This document shows positions 49,334 through 62,290 of a stretch of 64,000 bases of DNA, in pieces (position 1 is the first letter of the stretch; every line of letters starts with the position of its first letter). The stretch covers positions 930,001 through 994,000 of the forward strand of contig OY253674.1 of NCBI GenBank assembly GCA_958009085.1, read 5' to 3'. Under the pieces are notes generated by a model that ran no database searches, was not told the origin of the DNA, and saw only the letters and a program-made list of their open reading frames with translations. The translations under genes were made by a program, and so were the position numbers. Source of the stretch: Protoeuglena noctilucae. Taxonomy: Eukaryota.

Positions 49334-52300
49334 ATGGATGTGGTCAGCGACGCGAGTGCCTTTGGGCGCGACCTCGGGTCCGAGGCGCGCGCTCGGGCAG
49401 AGGATGAAGTACGTTTCCTCGTTGAAAATATCATGGGCGGCAGCGCGACGCTGGAAGGGCTGACGGAGCTTCAGGAGGCCATCCGTGCCAAGCGTGACAA
49501 GGTGCGCCGTCCCCGCGCGGCTGAGGGCACGCCGGACGGCGCCATGACTCGCACCTGCAATCGTGTTTACCAACGCGCGCGCCTGTCCGATGCTCGTCTC
49601 GTCCTCTCCGCAGGTGGCGGGAGACGTTGCTGCTCGGACAGTGAGCGCGTACCGGGCTCCTTTCGACCTCATCCGTTGGTCACCTGCCTTCGATGCTGAG
49701 GTTGAGGGCATCTTCACGTCTTTGCGCGTCACTGGTGTCAAAGGCGAGGCATGTGCGACAGCGATTCGACCCACGCCCCTGCGCAGCGTCAAGGTCTGCG
49801 CGATGGGTCCCAAATTACCTTTGGCGGATCCTCTCTGTCCTATTCTACGCAGAGGTCGACCAGTTCGTGGCGAGGAGTGCCGCGCGGCACGGCGAACTCG
49901 TCGCGCAGCTCGTCGCAGCCCACGCGCGCCTCGCCAGCGCGAAATCTGCCGCCGGCCTCAGCCGCGAGATCGATCACGTGTCCGCTCTTCTCAAGAATGG
50001 GGCGCTCTTGGGTGCTCTGGACGCCCTGGACTCCCTGCGCGAGCGCTGCGCCTCCCTTCCCGAGGACGGGGCCGAGGTGCTTCGCTCGACCTGCGACGCC
50101 CTCCAGCGGCAATGCCAGGCGGAGGCAGACGGAGCGCTCGGAGCCATGCTGCGCTGGGATGACGTCAAGTCCTGCCTCAAGGTTACTGTGACTTGGCGCT
50201 GCGTCGGTGCTGCTGGGCACTCGCGCTCGCGCCGAGTGGCCCGTGTGCTGCCCCGCGCTTGTGCTCGCCCTCATCCCCCTGCGCTCATCTTTCTTCCACC
50301 GCGTGCACTCTTACCCGACGCTTGAAGCCCTCGCCGCAGATCTCCTCATCTCTCCAAGGCAAGTCGCTCCCGGGGGGGTTCCAGGAGTTCTGGAACGTCC
50401 ACGACCGCCTCGGCACGCTGGCGGCCCGGCTGCAGGCCCTCGGATCGCAGATCCAGGGCCGGCTCCTCCTCCCCGTGCTGCGGGGGGCCCTCAAAGTTCG
50501 CGTGGTCGAGGCCGGGCATTCCAAGGCGAGCGGCCACCACGACGCGCTCTCGCGCACGCCTCGGGCGCACGGCTTTGCCGACCTGCGCGCGCGAGCGCTG
50601 GCCCTGTCTGTATGCGCGCGCAGGTGGTGCAGTGGGCAGAGGAGGAGGCCCCGCCCCCCGCTGCGTCCTGGTCTGCCCGTGCCGCGTTCCTCTCCCGCAC
50701 CGCGGCATCCCTGGGCCCCGTCACGGCCGCCGTGCACCAGGTGGCTCTGTGCGGCAACCCCACCCTCGTGGCCGTCGCCTTCCCGGACCTGGCGCAGACC
50801 GCGGCAGCCGCCATCCTCCACGACCTCCTCCACCCGCTCCTGCCGGGCACGTCCCTGGACCTGTTACGGGCCCTGCCGCCGCGGGCCGTGCGGGGGCTGA
50901 CTGGGTGCTGGGTGGCGGGCGACGGGGGCGGCGGGGGCAAGGGGCGTGGCGCAGTTGAGGCAACAGGGCGGCTCCGGGGTGGGGATGCTGAGGTGCTGCG
51001 TCTGCGGGGGGGCGGCACGGGAGACGACGCGTGGGAGGGGTTCGGGTCCGGCTGGGGCGCCGTGACAGGCGGGGCTGGGGGAGACGCTCCCGCCCAGGGA
51101 GGTGCAGGGGAGGGCGGGGAGGGGGTGGCACGCGCACAGGGGGCGAGGGCGCAGGAGGGCTTTGGCGGGGGGTCTGGAGAGCCCAGCAGCGCGCCCGTGC
51201 CGGCGCCTGACGGGGCTGGGTTTGGGGACTCCTGGGGCGTTTCTGACAGCGCGTGGGAGGCCGTTGCCACGGGGACCGGGGGATCCCAGGAGACGACGGG
51301 GAAGGTCCCTAAGGGACTCGCCATGGAGATCAAGCGGCCGCGAGGAGAGGGAGTTGGGGAGTTGGGCCGTGGCGCCAGGGAGGTGAAGCGGCCGGGGTCG
51401 CGCGCAGATGCGGCGGTGGTTGGGCAGACGGTGAACACGAACACTGCTGAGTCGGACAAGCGGGGGGCTGAGTCAGGGGCTGGGGACCGGGCGGGCATTG
51501 CCTTGCCCGGTCACGGGGCGCCGGTCTCAAATAGCAACGGTAACCAGCAGCAGGCGACAGTCGGCGCAGCGGGGGCATCCAAGATCCTGCGGCCAGGGTC
51601 CAGACAGACGCAGGCGCGCTCGACCGGGAGCGCATCGGTCACGGGACAGCCTGGCTCACGGGGCTCGGCTGACGCCTCGTCAGCCATGATGAGCAGCGAG
51701 GGGCAGGATGTGGCGTCGCTGGGTGTGTCGACGCAAGCAGTGGGGGGCTCTGTTCGACTGGACAACCCACTAGAGAGCTCCACCGTGGGCGTGGTGAATG
51801 AGTCGGAGGGTGGGGGCTCAGGGCCGTGGGAGGCAGTGGGTGTGGGAGGGGAGCAGAGGGGCAAGGCGGGGGCAGGCAGCAGCGAGATCCACGGCGGGGG
51901 TGGCGACTCGAGTGGCGGAGGCAAATTGGCGGCGGCACCCCAGCTGCGAATTATCCGGCCCAAGAAGGCCACGGCTGGGCTGGGACTGGGGGCGACGGCA
52001 GCTGGAAAGAGAGGTAGTGACGGTGGACTGCAGGGACCCGGAGAGAGCAGCGCTGGTCGCGGAGCTCCGGCGGCTTCGAGCAGCGGCAGAGTCGTGGCGA
52101 CTGGGGGTGCGGAAGGGGGCAAGGCGGGGTTGGGGGCGTCAAGAGGGCTGCCGCTTGGGTCAGACCCTGCGGTGGTAGTTGGGGGGGTTGCCAGCCCTCC
52201 CGGGGACGAGGAGGAATGGGAAGACGACGGCTGGGGTCCAGAATGGGACGGCGGAGGTGGCATGGGCACGCAGGAGGCGCCCCTGAGCAGCATGCGTGGT

Positions 52301-55107
52301 GGTGGGGTTAGCGACGGGAGGGGTCTGAGCCTGGGGGCTGAGTCGGGCAATTTGGGAAGCACAGGGGTCGAGACGCTGGGCACGGCCCCCCCAGGGCTGT
52401 GGGTGGGGGCGTCGGCGGCTGACGAGGGTGCGGCGGCTGGCGGTGCGGGCGGCATGGCCAGTGGGGGTGACCCAAGCCTCTTCAAGGGGTTGCTGGGGCG
52501 GTTACAGGGAGCCGGGCCATCGCGGGTGGCGGCGCCGGCGGGGGGCTTCGCGGCGGTGCGTGCCTTCAGCCGCGCGCAGTCGGTCTTCACGGGCATCGCG
52601 GGGAACGTGGCACGGTTCATGGAGAGGGCCAGGGAGGCCGAGAGAGCGCCGCCGGGTGCGGGTGCCGGGCTCGAGTCGCTAGCGGAGCAGATGGCTCGAT
52701 TCTTTGGGGATGAGGGCGAGGGGGAGGTCGGCGAGGTGGGGGACCGGCCCCGGGGCGAGAGCGGTGGGTGGGAGTCGGCGCTGGGTGGGACCGGGGCTAC
52801 AGGGGTGGATACGGCGGAGTGGGGCGAGAGGGAAGGGTTTGGGGAAGAATGGGACGGCGTGCGGAGAGCGGTGGATGCCATGACGGGGGCTGTGGGGGGT
52901 GATGGGCCCAAGGGGGCTGCCGCGGCAAGCACACATCCTGCGCCTTTGCAAGGGGCGGCACCTGTGATGAGGGAGGGCGCAGTGGGCGCGGCCGGTGCGA
53001 GCGAGCCCTGGCGGGGAGACAGGGGGGCTGAGTCGGGCCACGGCGGGGCCAGCGTCAAGCAAGGCGTGGTTGGGGGAGCGGTGGAAGTGACCCGGAGTGC
53101 GCAGGTCGCGGCTGTGACTGTGGGCAATGAATCCACGAGTGCCCGCGATGCTGAGACTCGTGGGACCCAGCGACAGGCGGGCAGCACGGGGGAGAGGCAG
53201 GCGGGCACGCAATCGTCTGTAGTCAGCGCAAGGGAGAGGGGTCCTGACAGGCCGGGGGGTGCGGCGATGGCCGAGGGCGGAAGTGAAGGCTTCGGTGCTC
53301 ATGCGGCGTCGGCGTTTGCGTCGGTGGGAGACGCGACTGGGGCAGAGGCCCCCGTGCAGCCCGAGGTGGACCCTTGGGACGCTGCCGCGGCACGGGTGTG
53401 GATGAGGGAGACGTGCGGGGCATCGGTGGACGTCGGGTCGTTCGCAGCGGAGGCTGAGGCGGTGGAGCAAGTGGCGGCGGCGCTGGTGGCGGCGCGGAGG
53501 GTGGATGCGGCGCTCGGGCCTCTGTGCCCGGCCGGCGAGGACGGGCATGGGAGCGACTTGGCGCAGGGCCTGCTCGAGATGGAGCAGGACCTGCTTGGGC
53601 AGGCGGAAGGCGAGGCAGCAGGACGCGCTTGCTTGCATGTGGGGGTCGTGGCGCCGTGCATTTGGGCAACCGTGCTCCGTTCCGGTTTCCGCTGCAGGCC
53701 AGGTGCTCGAGAAGGCGGGCGAGGCCGTGCAGTCGCAGGGCCACAAGCAGTCGGTGTTCTTCCACGCCAGCGGAGGCGTGGTCGTGTCCCAGGTGACGGG
53801 GTGTGCTTTGGAGGCGGCTAGTCAGCCACGCGACCCCGGGTTGCACAGCCAGTACCATCGTACGTTCCTCTGCCCCCTCAGACGACCGTGGCCCTCCTCT
53901 TCTTGGTCACCCGCGCCACGGCCTGCGCCGTCCTGTGTGGCACGCCCCTCCACCGCGCCGCCGCCCTCCGCGCCCTGAGCCACGTCTGCGCCCTCTTCCG
54001 CACCGTGCCGTACCAGACACACGAGGAGGACTTCGGCGACCCGCGCCTCATGATGCTCTACGCCAACGACTGCGAGCAGCTCGCGCGGCGGTGCGCCGAC
54101 CTGGCCAGGGTGGCGCTCGTCCCCCAGCAGCCGGGCGCCGAGCCGGCGCTGGCGGAGGTGGCCGAGGCGGCCCAGCGTGGCTTCCACAGCCTGGAGCTGT
54201 TTGCGCGGGGGGTTCTCAAGGCTGAGCTGCAGCGGCAGCGCGCGCGTGTCGGGGCGGCGCTGGACATGGCTGGCGGCTTCTGCAACGTCGACCGGCCGGC
54301 GCAGGGGGAGCGGGCGCGTGGGGCGGTGGACGAGGCGCTGGCGTGCGTGGCCCAGGTCACGTCGCAGTGGTCCAAGGCGCTGTCCCCCCGCATGTACCTG
54401 GTGGCGGCGGCAGACATGCTGCAGTTCCTGTGCGGGCGCATCGTGGACGAGTTGCTGGAGATGGCAGGCGAGTCATAGGCACCCCACTCAGTGAAGTGCG
54501 CGGGAAGTCTGTCTTGGGAGCTGTGCGGCGTGAGTTGCGTGCGCAAAAGCTACATGCCAGATATGGCGGCGCAATGCAGTCCCTGTCTCCCACGTACGCA
54601 GACATTGGGGCGGACGAGTCGGATGCCCTCCATGGCACGCTTCTGCCGCTAGTGCGGGAGGGGCCGCTCAGGATGGGGTTCGTGCCAGACACGCAGCCCC
54701 ACGAGGAACTCCTGGCGCGGGCGCCTGCCTACGACAAGCTGCGGTGCGTGGCGCGGGTGCTTTGCACGGCATGGCCACTGCGGTCTGAAGGTCTCCGGAC
54801 CATCATCTGGCACCTCAACAGGCTGTTGCTCATCACTTCGCCCCGCTCATTGTAGATCGCTGTCCGCGCCTCTCCTCGCAGCCTGCTGCTGGCGATGCTG
54901 GCAGCCCGAATGACCGAGGTCGTGGACATGTGGACGCGGGGGGACCTGCGGCGGGCGGGGTTCTCGGCCGCAGAGGTGTGCGGGGTGGTGCGCGCGGTCT
55001 TCACCGACTCGCAGCGCCGCGCGGACGCCATCCAAATCATCCAGGGCGCCGCCGGGGAGGGGGAGCCCCGGGACGCGAGGGGGGCGCTGCGACGCATCGC
55101 GATGTAG
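49334..55107 (+). CDS. ZW10: ZW10/Dsl1 CATCHR tethering protein with a very large internal low-complexity insertion
   Basis: C-terminal PRLMMLYANDCEQLA, LDMAGGF, LLEMA/DIGADES and GFSAAEVCGVVRAVFTDSQRRADAI are typical of the ZW10 C-terminus. Confidence 0.85.
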
Positions 55108-55360
55108 CACGGCAGCACCCGTCCTGGCTTGAAGCAGGCGACACTGGAGGGCGCGCGGTTGAGTCGCCGGCTCGAGCTTTGCATAGCGAAAAGTCATTCA
55201 ATGCCGCCGATGCCAGCATAAGCCCAGCGCAACACTCAGAGGTCTGCCATGGCGCTGCCAGACGGGCCCCCTTCGTCCACCATCTCGTAGTCGAGGATTG
55301 CCCCTGCGAGCGAGGAGAGCGCGAGTGAGTCGTTGAGCAGGCGATGGGTGGCACGAGGCG

Positions 55361-57244
55361 CTACCTGCGCCACCCCAGCCCCATGTCACCCGGCCCTCCC
55401 TTGCCCAGGCGCGACATCATCGCCTTGTCCTTCCGAGCAAGCTTGTCCAAGTACTCCCGGGAGAAGGCGACCACGCGGTCCAGAGCCGCCACCTCCTCCG
55501 CCGCAGCGACGGCAGTGGCGATCCTGAGAGGGCCGGGCATGCACGGGGGTGTGTCCACACGAGTCTCTCTCACAGACCCGCACCCGCCCCCTGGCCCGCA
55601 CTCTCGCCTGCTCTGCATCTCGGCCAACACGTCGGCCCCGAGCTCGTCCACCGACGCCCCCAGGTCGACCGTGCCCGTCCTCTTGTCCACACGAGCGCGC
55701 ACCATCCCCCGCTGTACCATGGAGACCAGGAGCTTCTCCACGCGCGCCTCAGACTCGGCCCCCACCTTCGCCGCCATCTCTCCCACCGACTGCGAGTAAG
55801 AAGGCATCTCGTTCATCCACCCCATGCGCTTGCCACACTGACCGACGCGACGTGCCACGCGCGCGCCACGTACCAGGGTGAGGTATGTCTGGGCCACCTG
55901 CTGCACGCGCTTGGCCTCCACGGCCTCCACGACGCACCCCACGAGTCCCCAGTCGCCGTTGGCCACGAACACCTCCGCGTGGGCGCTGGCGGCCGCCTGG
56001 ACTGCCGCGGGGTCCCCGCGCTGGTACGCGGCGGCGAGCTCGTCGTAGGGCTTGGAGTGGGTGGCCAGGAAGCGTTGGACGGGGTGGGGCACGAACGCGG
56101 GGAGGGGCTGGACGACGCCGTGGGCGAGGAGGGAGGTGAGGATGTACTTGCGGTGGGCCCACGGGGCCACCGCGTGGGGGCACTGGGCGGGGACGGTGAG
56201 GGCCATGAGGAAGAAGTGGACGGCGCGCTGGGTGCAGGGGAGAGGCAGGTGCGGGTGAGGGGGCAGCGAGGTCTGCTGACGTGGGTTCCAGGGCACAGCC
56301 AAGCACCCACCTGGTAGTCGCGGAGGGTGGCGCAGAGGGTGCCGGCGTGCAGGCCGTAGAGCGCGACGTCGAGCGCAGTGATGCCGGTGGCGGCGACGCG
56401 CACTTCCGTGACCGGGCACAGCGCCAGGCGCCTTGCAGCCGCATAGCAGCGCGAGGCCAGGGCCAGGCGCATGACCATGGCGTGGGCGGGGGTGAGGACG
56501 TGGGCGCACGGCTGGGAGCCGTTTGTAACTTGAAGCTTCTCCACGGCGCTGAGCAAGAACGGAAGGGCCTCCCGGGACCTGCAGGCCGGGGTGCGCGGGC
56601 GTTCAGCAGCGATGAGCGTGGACCAGCACGGGCCCCCAGCGCGCGTGGTGACCCACCTTCCATGCTTGATGGCCAGATCCGTGGCGGCGAGGCAGACAGC
56701 ACGGAACTGCGGCGCCGCGAACTGCGCGCTAGGCGCAGGAATCGCTCCGATGACACGCTCGAGAAGGCCCAGCGTCTCCGGCGGGGGCCCACCGGCAGAC
56801 CAGCAGGGAGCACTGACAGCGAGATCGCACACAAGTGCAGCCCTGACCCTGCGATGAGCACAGAGGCGATCAATCGGCGGCACCGCGCGGCCCCTGCAGC
56901 AACCTTCGCAATCACGATGATGGGTTACCCTTGCTTCTTGTCCGCGAGGTCGAGCTCCCCAATGAGGGCGTGCAGATTCACGGTTGCTTGATCTCTTACG
57001 GGCGCATCGACCCCCTGCGGTCCGCGGGAGACGGGGGCGTGCAAAACGAGCCACGGGGGCGTGCCCTCGTTTTGCAGCTCGCTTGTCGCACGCCGCGTCG
57101 TATCCTGTATCTAGTGAGGCGCACATGAAAGCGTCGTGTCACCTTTGCGAGCCTCTGGAACTTCTTGCGCACATCTGCGCTCTCGCTGTAGAAGGACGCG
57201 TGCAGGACCTCTTGCAGCCTCTGCTGGGCACTTGGGGCCGCCAT
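55361..57244 (-). CDS. CSN3: COP9 signalosome subunit 3
   Basis: LTPAHA...LALASRCY, HRKYILTSLLAHG, KPYDELAAAY, DWGLVGCVV...QQVAQTYLTL, PCI winged-helix VRARVDKRTGTV. Confidence 0.85.
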
Positions 57245-57672
57245 CGCGGCACGCCTCGATGCGTTTCACTATTTGCCTCTTCGGGTGATGGCTCTGGCTC
57301 AGGAAAACGAGCGTGCTGCCGTTGCAGTGACGCGGCCGCGCTGCGCTGCTTCAGATTCTGGGGTTCCTCCGCTGGGATGAAGGCGAGCTGAAGGAGGGAG
57401 TATGAGGACAGCGAAGTGGCCCAGGATCTCCAGCCACCCAGGCCGCCCGGGGCTGCAAGGCCACGGCACGGCGCGTCTGGCGCCTTACAACGGCGCTCGC
57501 ACTACTCAAGTAGCCACTCGGTCCACCAGCCCGTCAGTTCGTGCCGAGCTGTGCCGCATGTATCTATGACACGGCCAAAGAGGGGCACATAAGGGCGATC
57601 CATTGTGTGCTTCGGAGATTAGGGGCCCTGCGCGGGCTCGCAGGCGGGCCGTGAGCCCGACTGTCGCTGAGG

Positions 57673-60600
57673 ATGGCGAGCGCGTTGAACAAGCTCAAGT
57701 ACCTGGGCCTGCTGTCGAAGGTGATGAGCAGGCGCGACTCCTTTCACACACGCCGCGCTGTACACGCCGCGCGATGCCACCAAGCGTCTGCCCTTCCTCC
57801 CGCTTTCGACGGTGAACTCTTATATGTTGCATCGCCCGCATGCAACCCCTTATGGTGCGCCGTGGGGCCGCAGGTTGCCAAGGAGCTGGAGAACCACCTG
57901 GGCGTCTCGGACAAGACGCTGGCCGAGTTCGTGATCGAGCTGTCGAACGAGTGCAAGGATAGTGCGGGGTTCGCGAAGGTGAGGGGCGGCAACGGCGCTG
58001 CGGAGGCGCGGCGGGGGGACGTGCTCGGCGTTTCACGACCGAAATGGTCATCCGGCGCAGCGATCCCTCCCCTTGACCTCTCCTTTCGCAGAAGCTAAAG
58101 GAAAATGGTGCGGACATGGGCAAGGAGTTGACGGAGACGATATGGGCAGTCATCACCAAGATCACCCGGGGCGGCCAGTCGGGGCAGCAGAAGGCGTCCA
58201 ACGGTGCGAGTGCTGGCTTCACGCGCCCGCCCCCTGCATAACAGATATGCATATGAGTCCCTGGCGCTTTCAGACTCGGAGTCCTGCGCCCAGCTGGCCT
58301 GCACTGAACCTGCCTGCTCCACCGACCCCCTGATGCGCAGGCCCAGCCGTGGAGGGCAAGCTTGCGGGTCTGGCGACGCTCGACTCGCGGGAGCGTGCGA
58401 AGCAGCTAACGGAAGAGCTCATGAAGGAGCTGGGAGGACCGCTGACGGAGTCGCTGACTGCCCCGGTGCGGCCTGTGCCGGACAAGGCGAGCCTGCCTCC
58501 CCCCCCGCCCGCGGCGGCATCGTCGGGGCGTCACGGCGACGACGATGACTATGCGCGCGATCGGTGGAGGGGCGGGGCGGGGCCGGGAGACCGCGACCGG
58601 GACCGCGGCCGTGACCGGGATGCGGACCGGGACAGGCACAGAGAACGGGACCGGGACAGGGAGAGGGACCGAGACAGGGGAAGGGACAGGGACAGGGACA
58701 GAGACGGGGGCCGTTTCCGGGAGCGAGAGAGGAGCCGGGACAGGGACAGGGACCGGGGCCGGGACGGTGACGGGGATGGGCGGTGGGGCTCGGATCGGCA
58801 CGGGGGCCGGGGCAGCCCCGCACCCCGGGAGCCGCTGCCGGAGATGCCGAGCGCGGGCCAGGTGTACCGCGGCCGCGTGGCGAACGTGCGCGACATTGGG
58901 GCGTTCGTGACGGTGCAGGGCCTGGCGCGCCCCATGGACGGCCTGGTGCACATCAGCAACCTGCAGAGCTCGCGCGTCGCCAAGGCGAGCGACGTGGTGG
59001 AGCGGGGTCAGGAGGTGTGGGTGAAGGTGCTGTCGGTGACGCGGGACGCGGGGGGCCGCACCCGCATCAGCCTGTCAATGAAGGACGTCGACCAGGGGAC
59101 GGGGCGGGACCTCAACCCGGGGCCGGCGCTGACGGGGCTGGCGGCGGAGGACCCGATGCGGAGCAACCCGCGGCCGGCGGGGGACTCGCTGCGGGGCCTG
59201 TCGGGCATCCAGGTGCGGGAGGAGGAGCCGTCCGCGGCCCCGCGCAAGCGCCGCAAGCGGCTGACGACCCCGGAGCGATTCGAGGCCAAGCAGCTGATCG
59301 CGAGCGGGGTGCTGCGGCCGGAGGACTACCCCGGCTTCGACGAGGAGCGGGGCCTGCAGTTCGCGGACGACGAGGACGTGAAGGAGGAGTTCGAGGTGGA
59401 CCTGAACGAGACGGAGCCGCCCTTCCTGAAGGGGTGCACGACGCGGGCGGGGGTGGAGCTGTCGCCGGTGCGGGTGGTGAAGAACCCGGACGGGACACTG
59501 CAGCGCGCCGCCATGGCCAGCCAGCAGCTGGCGTCGGAGCGGCGGGAGCTGAAGCAGCAGCAGCAGCGGGCGGTGGCGGACGCGGTGCCGCTGGACACGG
59601 CCTTCGCGTGGGCGGACCCGATGGCGGCGGACGAGGACCGCATCTTCGCCCAGGACCGGCGGACGGCGGCGATGCAGGCGGCGCACGACGTGAGCGAGTC
59701 GCGGCGCCGGGGAGTGGTGGCGGCGCCCACGTTCGGCAAGCAGGACACGCGGACGATCAAGGAGCAGCGCGAGTCGCTGCCCATCTTCGGCATGAAGGAG
59801 GCCCTCCTGTCGGCCGTCGCCGCGCACCGCGTGCTGGTGGTCATCGGGGAGACGGGGTCGGGCAAGACCACGCAGATGACGCAGTACCTGGCGGAAGCGG
59901 GGTACACGGCGCGGGGGCGCATCGGGTGCACGCAGCCCAGGTGCGCGGGGGGAGAGGTGCATGTCGGGATCAGTTGCTGGCACCGGAAGACCCACCGCGT
60001 CTCTTCCCCATCTTCCCCGTCCCGTGCGACCGCAGGCGCATCTCCGCCACGTCGGTGGCCAAGCGCGTGGCGGAGGAGTTCGGGTGCCGTGTTGGCGAGG
60101 AGGTGGGCTACGCGGTTCGTTTCGACGACATGACGTCCCCCTCGACGGTGATCAAGTACATGACGGACGGCCTGCTCTTGCGCGAGTGCCTCCTGGACGA
60201 CAACCTGTCCCAGTACTCGGTCATCATCCTGGACGAGGCCCACGAGCGCACCATCAGCACGGACGTGCTCTTTGGCCTGATCAAGGAGGTGCTGCAGCGC
60301 CGCCCGGACCTGAAGCTGATCGCCACGTCGGCGACGCTGGACGCGGAGAAGTTCAGCACCTACTTCTGGGACTGCCCCATCTTCACCATCCCCGGGCGCA
60401 CCTTCCCCGTGGAGATCTTCTGGGCCCAGGAGCCCGAGACGGACTACCTGGACGCGGCGCTGGTGACGGTGATGAAGATCCACCTGACGGAGCCCGAGGG
60501 GGACGTGCTGCTCTTCCTGACGGGGATGGAGGAGATCGAGACGGCCGTGGAGGTGCTGCAGGAGCGGGTCAAGGCGCTGGGGCCGTCCGTGCCGGAGCTC

Positions 60601-62041
60601 ATGGTGCTGCCCGTGTACTCGGCGCTGCCCAGCGAGGCGCAGAGCCTCATCTTCGAGCCGGCGCCCCCTGGCAAGCGCAAGTGCGTGGTGGCCACCAACA
60701 TCGCCGAGGCCTCCATCACCATCGATGGCATCTACTACGTGGTCGACCCCGGCATGTGCAAGGTCAAGGCCTTCAACCCCAAGCTCGGCATGGACTCGCT
60801 CGTCGTCGCGCCCATCTCCCAGGCCTCGGCCAACCAGCGCGCCGGCCGCGCCGGCCGCACCGGCCCCGGCAAGTGCTACCGCCTCTACACGGAGCAGGCC
60901 TACAAGACGGAGATGCTGCCCACGGCCGTGCCCGAGATCCAGCGCACCAACCTCTCCATGACGGTCCTCACCCTCAAGGCCATGGGCATCAACGACCTCC
61001 TCAACTTCGACTTCATGGACCCGCCCCCGACCCAGGTGCGGCTGGACGGGAGAGCGAGCCGCGGGGGGCGGCCGCGCGCCCGCATCACTGACAGCTGGCT
61101 CTTGCAACGCTTTCGCAACGTCTCGTCACAGCTCGTTGCTCGCAGACGCTGGTCAACGCCCTGGAGCAGCTGTACAACCTGGGGGCGCTGGACGAGGAGG
61201 GCCTGCTTACGCGGCTGGGGCGCAAGATGGCGGAGTTCCCCCTGGAGCCCCCCATGTCCAAGATGCTCATCACGTCCGTCGACATGGGCTGCTCGAACGA
61301 AGTCCTCTCCATCATTGCCATGCTCTCTGCGGAGAACATCTTCTACCGCCCGCGCGACCGGCAGGCGCAGGCGGACCAACGCAAGGCGCGCTTCACGGCG
61401 CCGGAGGGGGACCACCTGACGCTGGTAAGGGACGGCAGAGAGCTGGCGTGTGTGGCGACAACGTTGGGTCTCTCTCTGCCCTGCGCTGGTGCCGACCTCG
61501 TCCCTCGCCCCTCTTGCAGTTGAACGTGTACGAGGCGTGGAAGAGCAGCGGGTGCAACCGGCAGTGGTGCTACGAGAACTTCGTGCAGCACCGTTCCCTG
61601 GAGCGCGCCAACGACATCCGCAAGCAGATGCTGCAGGTCATGGACCGGTACAAGCTGGACATCGTGTCGGCGGGGAACGACTTTAAGCGCATCCAGAAGT
61701 GCGTCGTGGGCGGCTACTTCTTCCACGCGGCGCGCAAGGACCCGCAGGAGGGGTACCGGACGCTGGTGGAGCAGCAGCCCGTGTACATCCACCCGTCGTC
61801 GGTGCTGTTCCAGACGCAGCCCGACTGGGTCATCTACCACAACCTGGTCCTGACCACCAAGGAGTACATGCGCGAGGTCATGGCCATCGACCCCAAGTGG
61901 CTGACGGAGCTGGCGCCCCGCTACTTCAAGGAGGCCGACAACACCAAGCTGTCGCGGCGCAAGCAGCGCGAGCGCATCGAGCCCCTCTTCAACAAGTGGG
62001 AGGAGCCCAACATGTGGCGGCTGTCCAAGCGCTTCGGCTGA
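57673..62041 (+). CDS. DHX8: Pre-mRNA splicing helicase Prp22/DHX8 (PWI-like, RD-rich, S1, DEAH, HA2, OB)
   Basis: [19 protein letters not shown]1 [31 protein letters not shown]-terminal [20 protein letters not shown]. Confidence 0.97.
58585..58775 (+). repeat. Arg-Asp/Arg-Glu dipeptide coding repeat of Prp22 (gggaca/gggacc hexamers)
   Basis: [28 protein letters not shown]... Confidence 0.9.
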
Positions 62042-62290
62042 GGCACGCGCGCGTGGCGCGGCGGTCGCAGGCCATGCCACCGGGGGGCGCTCTCTGCGTG
62101 TTCGCTTGTGTTTGAATCGTGCGCGTCTGGCGCGAGGCGGCCAGCTGTTCGCGGGCAGGCAGTCCACATGCCGAACTGCGCCCTAGTACTGCCCTGCTGC
62201 AGCTCCGCGCACAGGCACATGCTGCCGGGCGCGCCAATCTCGCGCGCCCTGCACTTCAGAGTCTCGACCCACGAGCGACCGCAGGCACCC

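Noticed and set aside
58585..58775. Short tandem repeats resembling a CRISPR or satellite array
   Set aside because: No spacers; this is the RD/RE dipeptide region normal for Prp22/DHX8.
58783..62167. Long antisense and alternate-frame ORFs (e.g. 59326-61107 minus, 51511-53208 minus)
   Set aside because: Expected shadow ORFs of high-GC3 coding DNA, with no motifs or independent splice logic.
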